64,000 nt of DNA from Mytilus californianus. Lineage: Eukaryota. The stretch lies in the NCBI RefSeq assembly GCF_021869535.1, contig NW_026262581.1:12586001-12650000 (forward strand). Reading direction: 5' to 3'. Both the position numbers and the translations under genes were made by a program. This document shows positions 39,127 to 49,100 of the stretch, piece by piece; the stretch's first letter is position 1; each line of letters opens with the position of its first letter. Below the pieces are notes generated by a model. It had not been told where the DNA came from and did no database searches. It worked only from the letters and a program-made list of their open reading frames with translations.

Positions 39127-42100
39127 AATGAATGGAAGTGAATACCGACAAATTTACAACTATCTAAGTTCAAAGAAATACCCGGAGAGTTCAAAGAAAA
39201 TGTCAAAATTATAAAATCAAATTGGAGGAGTTATATTATATTTATAAGGACAAGAAGGCCAAAGAAAGTATAGACAAACTTTTGGTTTATTGTGATAAAT
39301 CAAAAATCTCAAAATCTACAATCAGTATGAAACAGTCAAGATTGCTGGATTAGGTACAGGCACAAAAGAATGCGATGGGAGTTAAACATTATTTCATGGG
39401 GGACATTATTAAATCCTACATTATCACATTTACTGTTCAAGGATTGTCCAGGACACCTTAAAAGTAAATATTACTCAAGGACATAATTTAATAATAAAAA
39501 GTGTTCAGTGATAGCATGGACACTTTTTCATAGCTTGGGACATTTTTTCATAGCTAAATTGTATCTGGGACACATTAAAAGAAGGACAAAAGATACCAGA
39601 GGGACAGTCAAACTCACAGATCGATAACAAACTGACAACGCCATGGCCAAAAATAAAAAGACAAACAGACAAATAATAGTACAGATGACACAACATAGAA
39701 AACTAAAGACTAAGCAACACGAACCCCACCAAAAAGGGGGGTGATCTCAGGTGCTCCGGAAGGGTAAGCTGATCCTGCTCCACGTGTGGCACCTGTCGCG
39801 TTGCTTATGTTATTACAAATCCGGTAAATAGTCTAATTCGGTAGGTCACATTCGTGTCAGGGAAGGGTATTGTAGTTACGACATAAGGAACATATCGTAA
39901 ATTAAGTAAATATTGTCCATGGACAGTATTTAGTATGAAAAAATGTCATGGGGACATTATTAAATCCTACTTATTTCAATATTGTACATTCACTCCTAAC
40001 TTAGCTAAGGACGATTATGATTTAGGCTGGTTCCAACTGGTGGAAAATCAAATAAGAAAAATTCAGACAAACAACAATCTACTTCATCAGGTTTGTTTTT
40101 TTAAACCTCAAAAGTTGTTGATCTCCTTAAAATTTTCAGTGGGATCTTACCTTTAGAACAGATTTCCATGACATTTTTTATCATACTTTTGCAGTAAAAT
40201 TATCAATGCTTAATGAATTCTTAAAAAGAACATTCAAATGAATATTGTGTAAACACACAATGTTTTAACAATAATTTGTCAATCTTTATTTATCTAACAA
40301 CTAACTATAGGTAAATTTTGATAAAAGTGAGGAAAATCAGGTGTTTTTTCCAAATTTAGAAATTTGACCCCTTGCTTTTGTCAGAATTGTCTTCTGCAGG
40401 AATTATCCAAATTTTAGCGAAAAATATGGGAGATTCCCAAGAATTTCCTTAGAGTTGACACTTAAGCTTCTTAGCAATCTTATCTTTGTTTAAATATTAC
40501 AAAATGTATATCCAAACAGATATATGTAACTTTCAGAAAGTATAGCAATTATTTTTTTTATGACAGAAGACTTTGACTTATGGTCATATCATTGTATATC
40601 ATGTGATGTATAGTGTACATCTACCATATATCTCCACTATTCAGTTTGAATAGAAATAAGAAGATGTGGTATGAGTGCCAATGAGACAACTCTCCATCCA
40701 AGTCACAATGTGTAAAAAGTATTTAACAATTATAGAAGTCCATTTTCCACTTTGACTCCTAACTGCTTTCAATGGACACATTTTAGGCTTAAATTAAAAT
40801 ATTGTTTGTTTGCAGTTTACCGACCGACCCTCGAAAATCCGCCCGACTGTGAAAATTTTATTGCTTTTAATTTGAAGAAATTATTTTTATTTTTCTATTG
40901 ACCCAATCCGGAACTTCTGGTCGTTTCCGGAATTGATTTAAAGTCTGGGTCGATTACACGTTTCAAGTTCGGTTTTTCTTACCTTCTTGTCAAGCGTACA
41001 TGGGACCGTTTAATAATAAAGCACATGGAGATAGCCTGGGATTCTGGCCAACTGCTTGACAGTAGACCTATCGACGAAGTATTAGATTGGTTCAGGATGC
41101 CAGGCTACACATGGAAATTGTTTACAGGTATCGATGAAGACACGGAGGAGTACTTTGCGCTGTCGTTTTCTGTCAATTTTAAAACAAATAACAACCAAAA
41201 AAGTTTAATAGTAAACTGTTTATACAGATTCAGACGGATATCATTGACGATTTGAGAACGCATGATGCAGCGGATATTCATAAAACCGACACGATAACCA
41301 TTTCCATCTCAAACAGATCGGGTACAGAATCTCTTGAGCCTGACTTTATGGAACCAATATCCGTGGTTAAACAATTTGACAGCAGCCTGAACATGCTGAA
41401 GTATGCCATAGTTTCTATAAAACGTTTTGAAGAAAACAAGGGTGAAACCACTTCTCCATGACTTCATGGATACCTGTAAACACGCCAGGAAGTGCGCATT
41501 TGAAATTTATAATCGATAGGCAATGCCAAATCTATAAGAAGCCACAGAAACTACACAAAGATGTAAAGAAAATTAATGGTTGGCTTGTAAAAATAAATAT
41601 ACTTTCTCTATGTTAAATCTATCTTCTATTGCAATGAGTATGCTCCTTTAGGATAAGGGGAGCTACCCCACTCATTGAAATTCTTCTCCCTCTTACAATA
41701 TTAAATATACTCAAACAGTGTGGCTTGTGTGAATTGAATTAAAACATATCCTTAGGAGCTATGCTGCCAATTTTTTATGCAGTCAAAACATTTCAGTACA
41801 GACCATTTACTTTTAAAGGGGTGCTATTGATTTCACCCTGAAGTCTTAAGATTTTTTTTGGTTTTAATTAAAGCCTGATCACATCAACATATCTTTCAAA
41901 ATATAACCTTATCATGCTTATTACATATAATTAAATATTGTTAGATCTATGAAAACAGTCAAATGGCAATATATTTTTTCAAGTTTCCTTTTTTTTTAAT
42001 TGAGAAAGATTCAACATGTTCAATGGTTAATTTTTTTATTGATAACAACACTCTTACATTGTCTTATGAATCTTTGATATCTACATTTTCCTAATGAAAA

Positions 42101-45100
42101 TACTCTACTCATGAAAACTTTCTAGTAAAGAAGCATATGTCAGTGAACAATTTCTTTAAAACAATTCTAGTCATTCTTTGTTTATAAGATCTTATAAGTG
42201 TTCCAGTACTAATATTCAATAATGTCATAAATTGGATAATCACACCATGTTATAGTTTCAATTTTGGTTGAAAAGTTTTTATCTGAAAATGCCTGTTCAT
42301 TTCATGTTGGTTTTCAGTGTTTGTTGTTTTAAAAGAAATTTCTTCACAAGAAACTTGGTTTGTGTAACTGCTTGTTTAAACTTCATTTTGGCTGATAAAA
42401 TAAAATATTTTTCCTACCTACCGACCCTTCAGTCTGAAGGTACAGTCGGAAAACTGCAAACAAACATATTTTTAAGGTTGGCCTTATCTGTTCCATAACC
42501 CCTCAAATCAAATTTAAATAAAGGCAATAGTAGTATACCACTGTTCAATAGTCATAAATCGATTTAACTGAAACAAATCCTGGTCACAAACCAAAACTGA
42601 GGGAAACACATCAACTATAAGAGAAAAAAAATGGAACAACAGAAACACTGAACTGCTACAAAAACAAACGCCAACATACATAGAAATGGACTATGAGAAA
42701 ACAACTGCCATGTATTAAAGTCTGTTCTCATCTTAAACTCCTATCTATTCTAAATAATCATTACATCAACTCAGACCTTCTGTTTATAAAATTACCTGTA
42801 TAAGTATACATCATATTTTCCTGCTGATTTACCAGCTAATCTTTGAACCACGCTTCTAGTCCAGCCATCTGGTAAATTCTTGTCATGTAACATTGGGGAT
42901 ATGTCATATGTGTGATCAGATCTACAAAATTCACATGATACATAGCTTACATTTCTATGGCTGGTAATAATCTACACAAAAAAATATATCTTGTTTGTGA
43001 TTATGGCTATATATACATGATATAAAAAAACTATAATAAGATAATTTCTACCTTATTTACATTTGAATAATCTTTCACAACATACAATGTAACACTAAAA
43101 CATTATTCACAACTTAAAAATTTGAAATTAATTGAAAAGTTGACATGTATCTTATGCCATGTATGCAATTATAATATAAGCAGTGTGCGTGTATGTGTCT
43201 GAATTTTTTCACGTCAAATGTACAGTAACCTTAGTCAATACTTTGAGGCAGTGAGCTTACCCCCTTGGTTTCGATCAAAACCCAGGATTAACAAATTAGC
43301 TTTTTGGCTATTAAATTTCCTTAAACTGTAATAGCTAGTCTATGAAATACCTTATCTGTTCAGGGTGTAATAGGATTTATCTAATCTGAAGTTTATGCAA
43401 TACCTTATTTGTTCAGGTGGTGCTTGTATTTCCACAACGTCTCCCGGATCTGCATATGCATGATCATTAACATGTGATTCTGCTGTGTCTCCGGGAGCAT
43501 TATCTGCCTCATCACCATCCTCCTCCTCCTCATCTGGTTCCCTCTCCTGTGTAGTAAAACCAACAGCTTCTTCTCCAGGAATAGCTGTCCATCTTGTACT
43601 GAAATCAATTGACAAACTATCCGGAGCTGGACTGTCATTGTCTGACCTTCTTTCCTGGTTATCGTCAGGATCCTCATCAATCTGATATTCCATTTCTTCT
43701 TCAAATGTCACATGACCACTTGATATGTTCGTATCCTCATCTGACACAGTATCGTCGTCATCATCATCATCTTCTTCGTCGTTAATATCTTGTAATTCTG
43801 AGTCAGCAATTAGAGGCAAAAATCCACTAAAAGTAGTAAATTAGAAAGTGTAACTAAAACCTTCAACTAAACAAGAGTTTGAACTCAGATAATGTGATAA
43901 TTTCATTCATAGAAAAATATGACATGATGAACCAAATTTGTATAGGAAGGTCTGGGTCTGTGTTGTCTGTGATGTCTATAGTAATGGAAATAGATAGTGA
44001 TAAGATGTTTATTATTAACAATTTCCAGTTTCAACATGTTCAAGTGCTGTGATATGTTTTATTTTTAATCTTTTTGTTTAAACACACCAGTCTTGAATAC
44101 TTGGCTTAATCACCAATAATTAGTATGCTTTAAACATGTTAATTATCACTGACAGCTAAGTTTCCATTTTCTTCAATTTTCAATAGAAAATCTGAAAGTT
44201 CATCCAGGCCAATAAACATGATAAATATGTGTAGTCTTACAATTTTACTGTATGAAGGGGAATTTAAAAGTTTAAGCATTTTTTTAGTTGAAGCAAATAA
44301 TTTATTTTCAATATAAATAAAAATTATGAGGAGTGGCAACATGGTCAATGAGATGCATGTAGAAACTTAACTCAAACACCACAAAGACATGTTTAATTGT
44401 GGTGTATTGTGGTCCTTTGGTTGTTTTTTTTTTTCACTTCTTACATTTTTTTCTAACAAATGTGCATGTATTATTATAATATTGAATTTGAATATCATTA
44501 TGCCTATTAATATTTTAATGATCTGCAATTTAACTAAGAGAAGTATTGAGCAAAAATTAGTGACAAAATCACAACAACCTCTACATTGTCAACAAATCAA
44601 GACAGAAACTTTAAAACAATTCCTATTGAAGGTTTACAAGATAATAGACAATACTCATGATACTTTTATTTTACCCCTATGTTCTTGTTTAGCCTTGGTA
44701 GCCGTGTTCGTAGGCAGTTAACATTAAACTAGATACCCAAAGGATGATTTTTGTCAATTTATCTTCCAATGCCTAGTAGTTTCAGAGAATATTTTTGTAA
44801 AAGTTATAAGAAGAAAGACATTGCCAACTGATGAGAAAACGCTAAGATTGCACTCAGATTAAAGATTACCTTGCCCTTTTCAATTGCCGAAGGAAACCCT
44901 AATTTCTTGAGTATGCATTAATTCTAAAAAATTTCAATCCTTTGAACATCTTGAATATTTATCATAAAAGGTATAACAGAAAAATTTTAAGCGCTGTATA
45001 ATACTCTCAAGTTCCCTCAGCTGATAAGTCTGTTCCAACGGTTAAAATTAAATATTTAATGGACAAACAAAATTAGCGGCCAGCATTTTATTTATGATAA

Positions 45101-45644
45101 TATTACAAGTTTGGATCTTATATTAGATAGCATATTTTACTAATCAGTAACCTAGATGTTTAGAGCACCTTGAAAATTTGTACAAATCGTTTGAACCAAG
45201 ATTATTTCTTATCTCAACTGTCTACTAATAGTATTGGCAAAACTTCTTCAATGATCCATGCAGAGCATATATTTTAAAATTCTATGTAAAGTTTTTAATT
45301 TGTACACAATACTAGGTATATTATGTATGAAGATCATTGGGTATTGGTCCAAATCACTGGAGGAATATACAAAATAAGTAACAAGACAGCTTTAAAATAC
45401 TGATAGTTCCTTATTGTTGTCCATAATCTTTACTTTTAGTTTAATAATATTTTAGGTTTTCAGTCAGACTTTCTTAACATGTAACATAATGTATTCCATT
45501 CATCTGACTCATAGTGCAATGTTTTTCTGAAATGGTCAAATTTTCCTGACGTTTACTATGTAAGTTATTTCAAATTTATCATTGAAAAACTAACGATGGT
45601 TGCATTGCAACAAACAATTGCTCATGAGGTTCGTCGTTTTCCAT
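29726..45644 (-). CDS. MBD4: Methyl-CpG-binding domain protein 4 (MBD4/MeCP2-like; MBD + HhH-GPD G:T/U mismatch glycosylase), 8 coding exons, 838 aa
   Basis: Exons 45644-45595, 43826-43404, 42921-42796, 38094-36713, 34475-34272, 33655-33506, 31407-31304, 29803-29726 all have GT-AG ends and matching phases (2,2,2,1,1,1,0); total 2517 nt. MBD: [50 protein letters not shown]. Glycosylase: [29 protein letters not shown]...[41 protein letters not shown], closely matching vertebrate MBD4. Confidence 0.95.
31082..31292 (+). repeat. 20-bp minisatellite, about 11 copies (MBD4 intron 7)
   Basis: Unit AAAGAAATACCAGTTTTAGT. Confidence 0.9.
31304..31407 (-). CDS. MBD4: MBD4 exon 7 (HhH motif)
   Basis: [35 protein letters not shown]; TTTCTAG acceptor, CAG|GTAAAT donor. 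Confidence 0.95.
31675..32065 (-). mobile_element. HINE-type element remnant
   Basis: AACAAG end, hairpin ATTGCTGCATGCAAT, GACAGACAAACGTACGGACGG tract, terminal CCTGC...GCAGG stem. Confidence 0.5.
33506..33655 (-). CDS. MBD4: MBD4 exon 6
   Basis: [50 protein letters not shown]; TTCAG acceptor, G|GTACTA donor. Confidence 0.95.
34272..34475 (-). CDS. MBD4: MBD4 exon 5, start of glycosylase domain
   Basis: [19 protein letters not shown]...[33 protein letters not shown]; TAG acceptor, G|GTATTT donor. Confidence 0.95.
34775..35710 (-). mobile_element. HINE-type element (different family), interrupted
   Basis: Hairpin GTATTGCATGGCAATAC, subterminal AGTCCCCT(AC) at both ends with AGGGGACT partner, (GACG)n tract, two copies of an internal unit. 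Confidence 0.65.
35960..36210 (+). repeat. Dispersed repeat (AATTGAGAATGGAAATGGGGAATGTGTCAAAGAGACAACAACCCGACC family)
   Basis: Recognised as an abundant bivalve interspersed repeat; class not determined. Confidence 0.55.
36248..36470. mobile_element. 223-bp Sola-like MITE with internal AATAGAGAATAATG repeats
   Basis: TIR GAGGGTCTAGATGGGG vs CCCCATCCAGAGCCTC (14/16); ATAT on both flanks; GAG..CTC termini with an AWWT TSD fit Sola. Confidence 0.65.
36713..38094 (-). CDS. MBD4: MBD4 exon 4, C-terminal half of MBD plus long K/S-rich linker
   Basis: [37 protein letters not shown] followed by low-complexity linker (ORF 36687..38060); G|GTAAAC donor. Confidence 0.95.
38499..39126 (-). mobile_element. 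Same HINE family in the opposite orientation, about 3 internal units (MBD4 intron 3)
   Basis: Perfect palindrome GTGAGCGCGCTCAC at 38510-38523, (GACG)n microsatellite, same termini and 168-bp unit. Confidence 0.85.
39576..39898 (-). mobile_element. 3' tail of the same Penelope-like family (MBD4 intron 3)
   Basis: Reverse complement aligns with 23260-23580. Confidence 0.8.
40786..42483 (+). mobile_element. 1.7-kb TIR element carrying a broken ORF (MBD4 intron 3, antisense to the host gene)
   Basis: Imperfect TIRs GGC..TAAAA(T)ATTGTTTGTTTGCAGTTT.CCGAC; flanks TTTA/TTAT; overlapping ORFs 41025-41255 and 41252-41461. Confidence 0.6.
42796..42921 (-). CDS. MBD4: MBD4 exon 3, N-terminal half of MBD
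   Basis: [41 protein letters not shown]; TTTTGTAG acceptor, AG|GTAATT donor. Absent from the ORF track (too short). Confidence 0.95.
43404..43826 (-). CDS. MBD4: MBD4 exon 2, acidic D/E-rich N-terminal region
   Basis: TTTTAG|T acceptor, open frame [25 protein letters not shown]...APPEQI, AG|GTATTG donor; phase 2 joins exon 3. Confidence 0.85.
45595..45644 (-). CDS. MBD4: MBD4 exon 1 ([17 protein letters not shown])
   Basis: caaacATGG start; TC|GTTAGT donor in phase 2 fits the phase of the next exon; no homology support for this short peptide. Confidence 0.7.
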
Positions 45645-46015
45645 GTTTGTTGTCCATATATTGGGTTAGCTAAATTTACAAATTTTAACAAACGAAGCGA
45701 ACAGAATGAACAAGTGCCCTTTCATAAGTTCGTATTCCGATAAATATATGATTGAAATGAGTAAACCGGAAGTCAAGATCATGGCGGGATTTTGCAGATC
45801 AACAAATCAAAACAAAACAGAAAATTATGATTATTAGGATTCAGACTCTTTTCTTTGTATATGAACATGGTATTTTGATATCAGAATAACAATGTTTTTT
45901 ATGTTGCTGTAAGCTTAAATGTGATGTTTCGAGCTGGACAAAAATACACACTGTAAAACGAATTATTTCGCATCTTGTAAAAAGTGTTTGACATAAAAAT
46001 CGTAATGTAAACAAA
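45645..46015. promoter_or_regulatory. Bidirectional promoter between MBD4 and NEDD1, with ETS (CCGGAAGT, 45766-45773) and YY1-like (CATGGCGG, 45780-45787) motifs
   Basis: Divergent start codons 371 bp apart; adjacent ETS/GABP and YY1-like motifs are typical of TATA-less housekeeping and bidirectional promoters. Confidence 0.75.
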
Positions 46016-46163
46016 ATGAGTGCTTTAAAACTTGCCACATGTGGAGATGATATAAAAGTTTGGGATACCAATAGTTTTTCTATTGTCAGACAGTTTAATC
46101 CTCATGACCAGAACATTAGTTCCATTGCATGGAATGGAAAGAAATCAACATGGAACAGTGATA
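46016..46163 (+). CDS. NEDD1: NEDD1 exon 1
   Basis: MSALKLATCGDDIKVWDTNSFSIVRQFNPHDQNISSIAWNGKKSTWNSD; ends at a U12-type donor A|GTATCCTT. Confidence 0.93.
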
Positions 46164-49100
46164 GTATCCTTAATAAAAAAAGAACTACAAATTTATTTTC
46201 CATTCTTGTCATCTTTTATGGACAATATTTGCAAGAGGGCAATGTGTACAAACATCAATTATAATATGAATGACGCAAATAATCATTTTGGAATTTGAGT
46301 TCAAATCTCTTCAGACTCTTGCCTCAAATACAATGTTGTTTTTGTCATTAGGCTATGTTTCCGCCATTCCTGACAATCACAGACATTCCCTGTAAAATTT
46401 TGACGTCATAGGAGAAAAATATCTTGACGCCATAAAGGAAAAGTGAATGTTGCATGACGTCAAAAGTACAGGTGTTGTAAATTCTCGGGTCTTGTCTCAT
46501 AGATTCCAAAATACAAATGTAGCAATTAGGTGTACGTATTAGTGATAAGTGATTAATAGCTAATATGGGTATCAGGTTGTTTTGCACCAAGTCGTTGCAC
46601 TCTGGGTTACTTCATCCAAGAAAGTTCGTGGTTGCACCCCTTTTTTTTTTGAAAAAAACATGATTATGATAAGGAAGTAAATCTCATTCATTATTTTTAA
46701 AACAAATATAATATAATTGATAATAACAAGTTTTAAAGTATAAAACACAAGACTAGCTCCAGTGTGATGAATTTTTAATAGCTGACATTCGCCTTGCAAA
46801 CCAGCGCCTTCAGGTATTTTCTACACCCTTAAGCTTATATAGCATATAGCTTCTCGATAGACAAAACTGCGGTACTTAGGTTGTAGTTTTAAGGTTTCTG
46901 TTATGGTCAAAATATGAAATTATCAGTAGTAAGTCACAAAAAGTCAAGATGTAACATAAACACAAAGTTAAACTTTACCTTTCATATTCTTGCCCAACAA
47001 TATTGATTTATAAAATCAGGGCGAACAGGAATCGGGGAGAAATCATATCCAACTGTCCAGGCGGGCAAGTCAGCTTCAGCAATCTCTATATCAGTGTTCT
47101 CCATTTTTCACTAAGGTAAGGTGGGTGTTTTGAAAAAAATCACTTGTAACCGGGTGTTTTTTTTTTGTTTTAACATTTCCAACCGGGTTTTTTTACTGTT
47201 GGAGGGGGCCACAATAAGAAGGATTAGTATTGTATTCACATTTAATAAAATTGAACTGTTCTTCTGCTATCACTGCTAGCCATTCATTTGACAAATTAGT
47301 TTTGCGGATCTCGGATAGCAGATCGCTTGTGTGCCTTTTTCCGTTGTTTTGATACTTTTTTTCCCATTTTTACAATTTCAATACAACTATCCGTTTTAGT
47401 TGACTTATTTGGCCTAGAATTTTCCTTATCACCATCGTCATCTGCCTTTCTCTTCCCCCGATTAATTAAAGAAAACATTGAAATTTGACGATCCGCCATT
47501 TTTGTCAACAAAAACAATCAGCGAGGCGCGATTAGTATTTAAATATTTACGGTGCGGAACCGAAAAAAATCCGGAATTTGAAAAAAAGCAGACCACCTCC
47601 TGAAATAGAAAGGTGGTCGGCACACCTGGCTTAAATGCCAAATGGAAAACACTGTATATTTAAATCAATTCTAAGAATATTAGATGATACTTACATGTAG
47701 GATTTAGACCAGTCTACACAAAATTAGGTTTCCAAAACATAATTACCAATGACTGTTATAGACAGTTGGTTATGCCAAAGACTTGTAAAGTACTCAAGAT
47801 TGGCAACTAATCTCATGTGTTAACTCATTTCCAGCATTCCCTTATGGGATTGTAGCATTGCTGAGACAACATTAATAATCTATAGGAACATCTTGTTCAT
47901 TTTGCTAGTATTATTATTATGGCTGGGAACGAGTTTACATGTGTTATATTCATTACTGGCAAGGTTTTCTACTTGTTTATCTCTGGTACTATATATGTCT
48001 CTAGTTAAACTTAGGTATAAGTAGCTTGGTACATGTAGGTAGGTTAATTCTTTTTTTTGTCAGAGATAGGAGAAACTAAACCTGTCAAAAGGGATATCTT
48101 TCTAATAGTATCTAGATATCTGAAAAGTACAAAAATGTATCTTTAATATGTAAATAAGAGTTGAATTTACTATAAAAAAAAACATACAATATACAATGAC
48201 CTACATGTATATAGAGCCTGGTTTAAATTATGTTTCCACTAATTCAAACTTCAAAATTGATTGCACCAGATGCACATTTCCACAATTTGACCATAAATGT
48301 TACATGGAAGTAATTTTTGTGTATGAAATGTCAATATTTACATGATACTCCTTAACTCCATGACAGATTTGTTATTATGCAGTGCATCTTCCAAAAGTGA
48401 TAAAATCTGTTTTACTGCAGTAAAAGATACAGCTGTGACAGTTACAGAATTTGATTCTTCTGTAAGTATAATATAAAATGTATGCATCAAATGCCATTTC
48501 TTCAATATTGGTTGTTATAACAATGTACTTATTAATTACTAACTGTTGATATTAAAACTTTACGCAACAACAGATTTAAGGTGGTATAAATGTTCTGTTT
48601 ATGTCTTTGTCATTTTTTTGGAGTTTTCATTATTGTTATGTCTGAAAGTGTCTAGATGTACTGGCATGACAAGTAATGTAGCAACACAAGAAGGTTATTT
48701 CATCTTTCATTTATATTGTCATCTATATCACATTTGAAAAATTACGTAACAGATTTCAACCAACTTGAACAGATTCTTCTAAAGGACATGACACTGTGCA
48801 TCTGCCATTTTAAGTTTTGATCTAAGTGATTTTTAAGGTTTCCCATACCAACTACAAATGTTATTTCTGTATATATTATTCGGAGGCTGTTAGTGACACA
48901 CATCTTCCTTGGAAAACTAAACACATTTTATGTTTGTAGATGCATGTACAATATTATTGAATACAATGTTGACTAAGTAAAGTGATCATCCTGCAGAGGT
49001 AGACAGGAGAAGTCCAGGTGAACTTTTTGTCATGCCCCAGTGAACCCTTGGGATCCATGTGATATTGAATATAAATATATAACATGATATAATGTGATAA

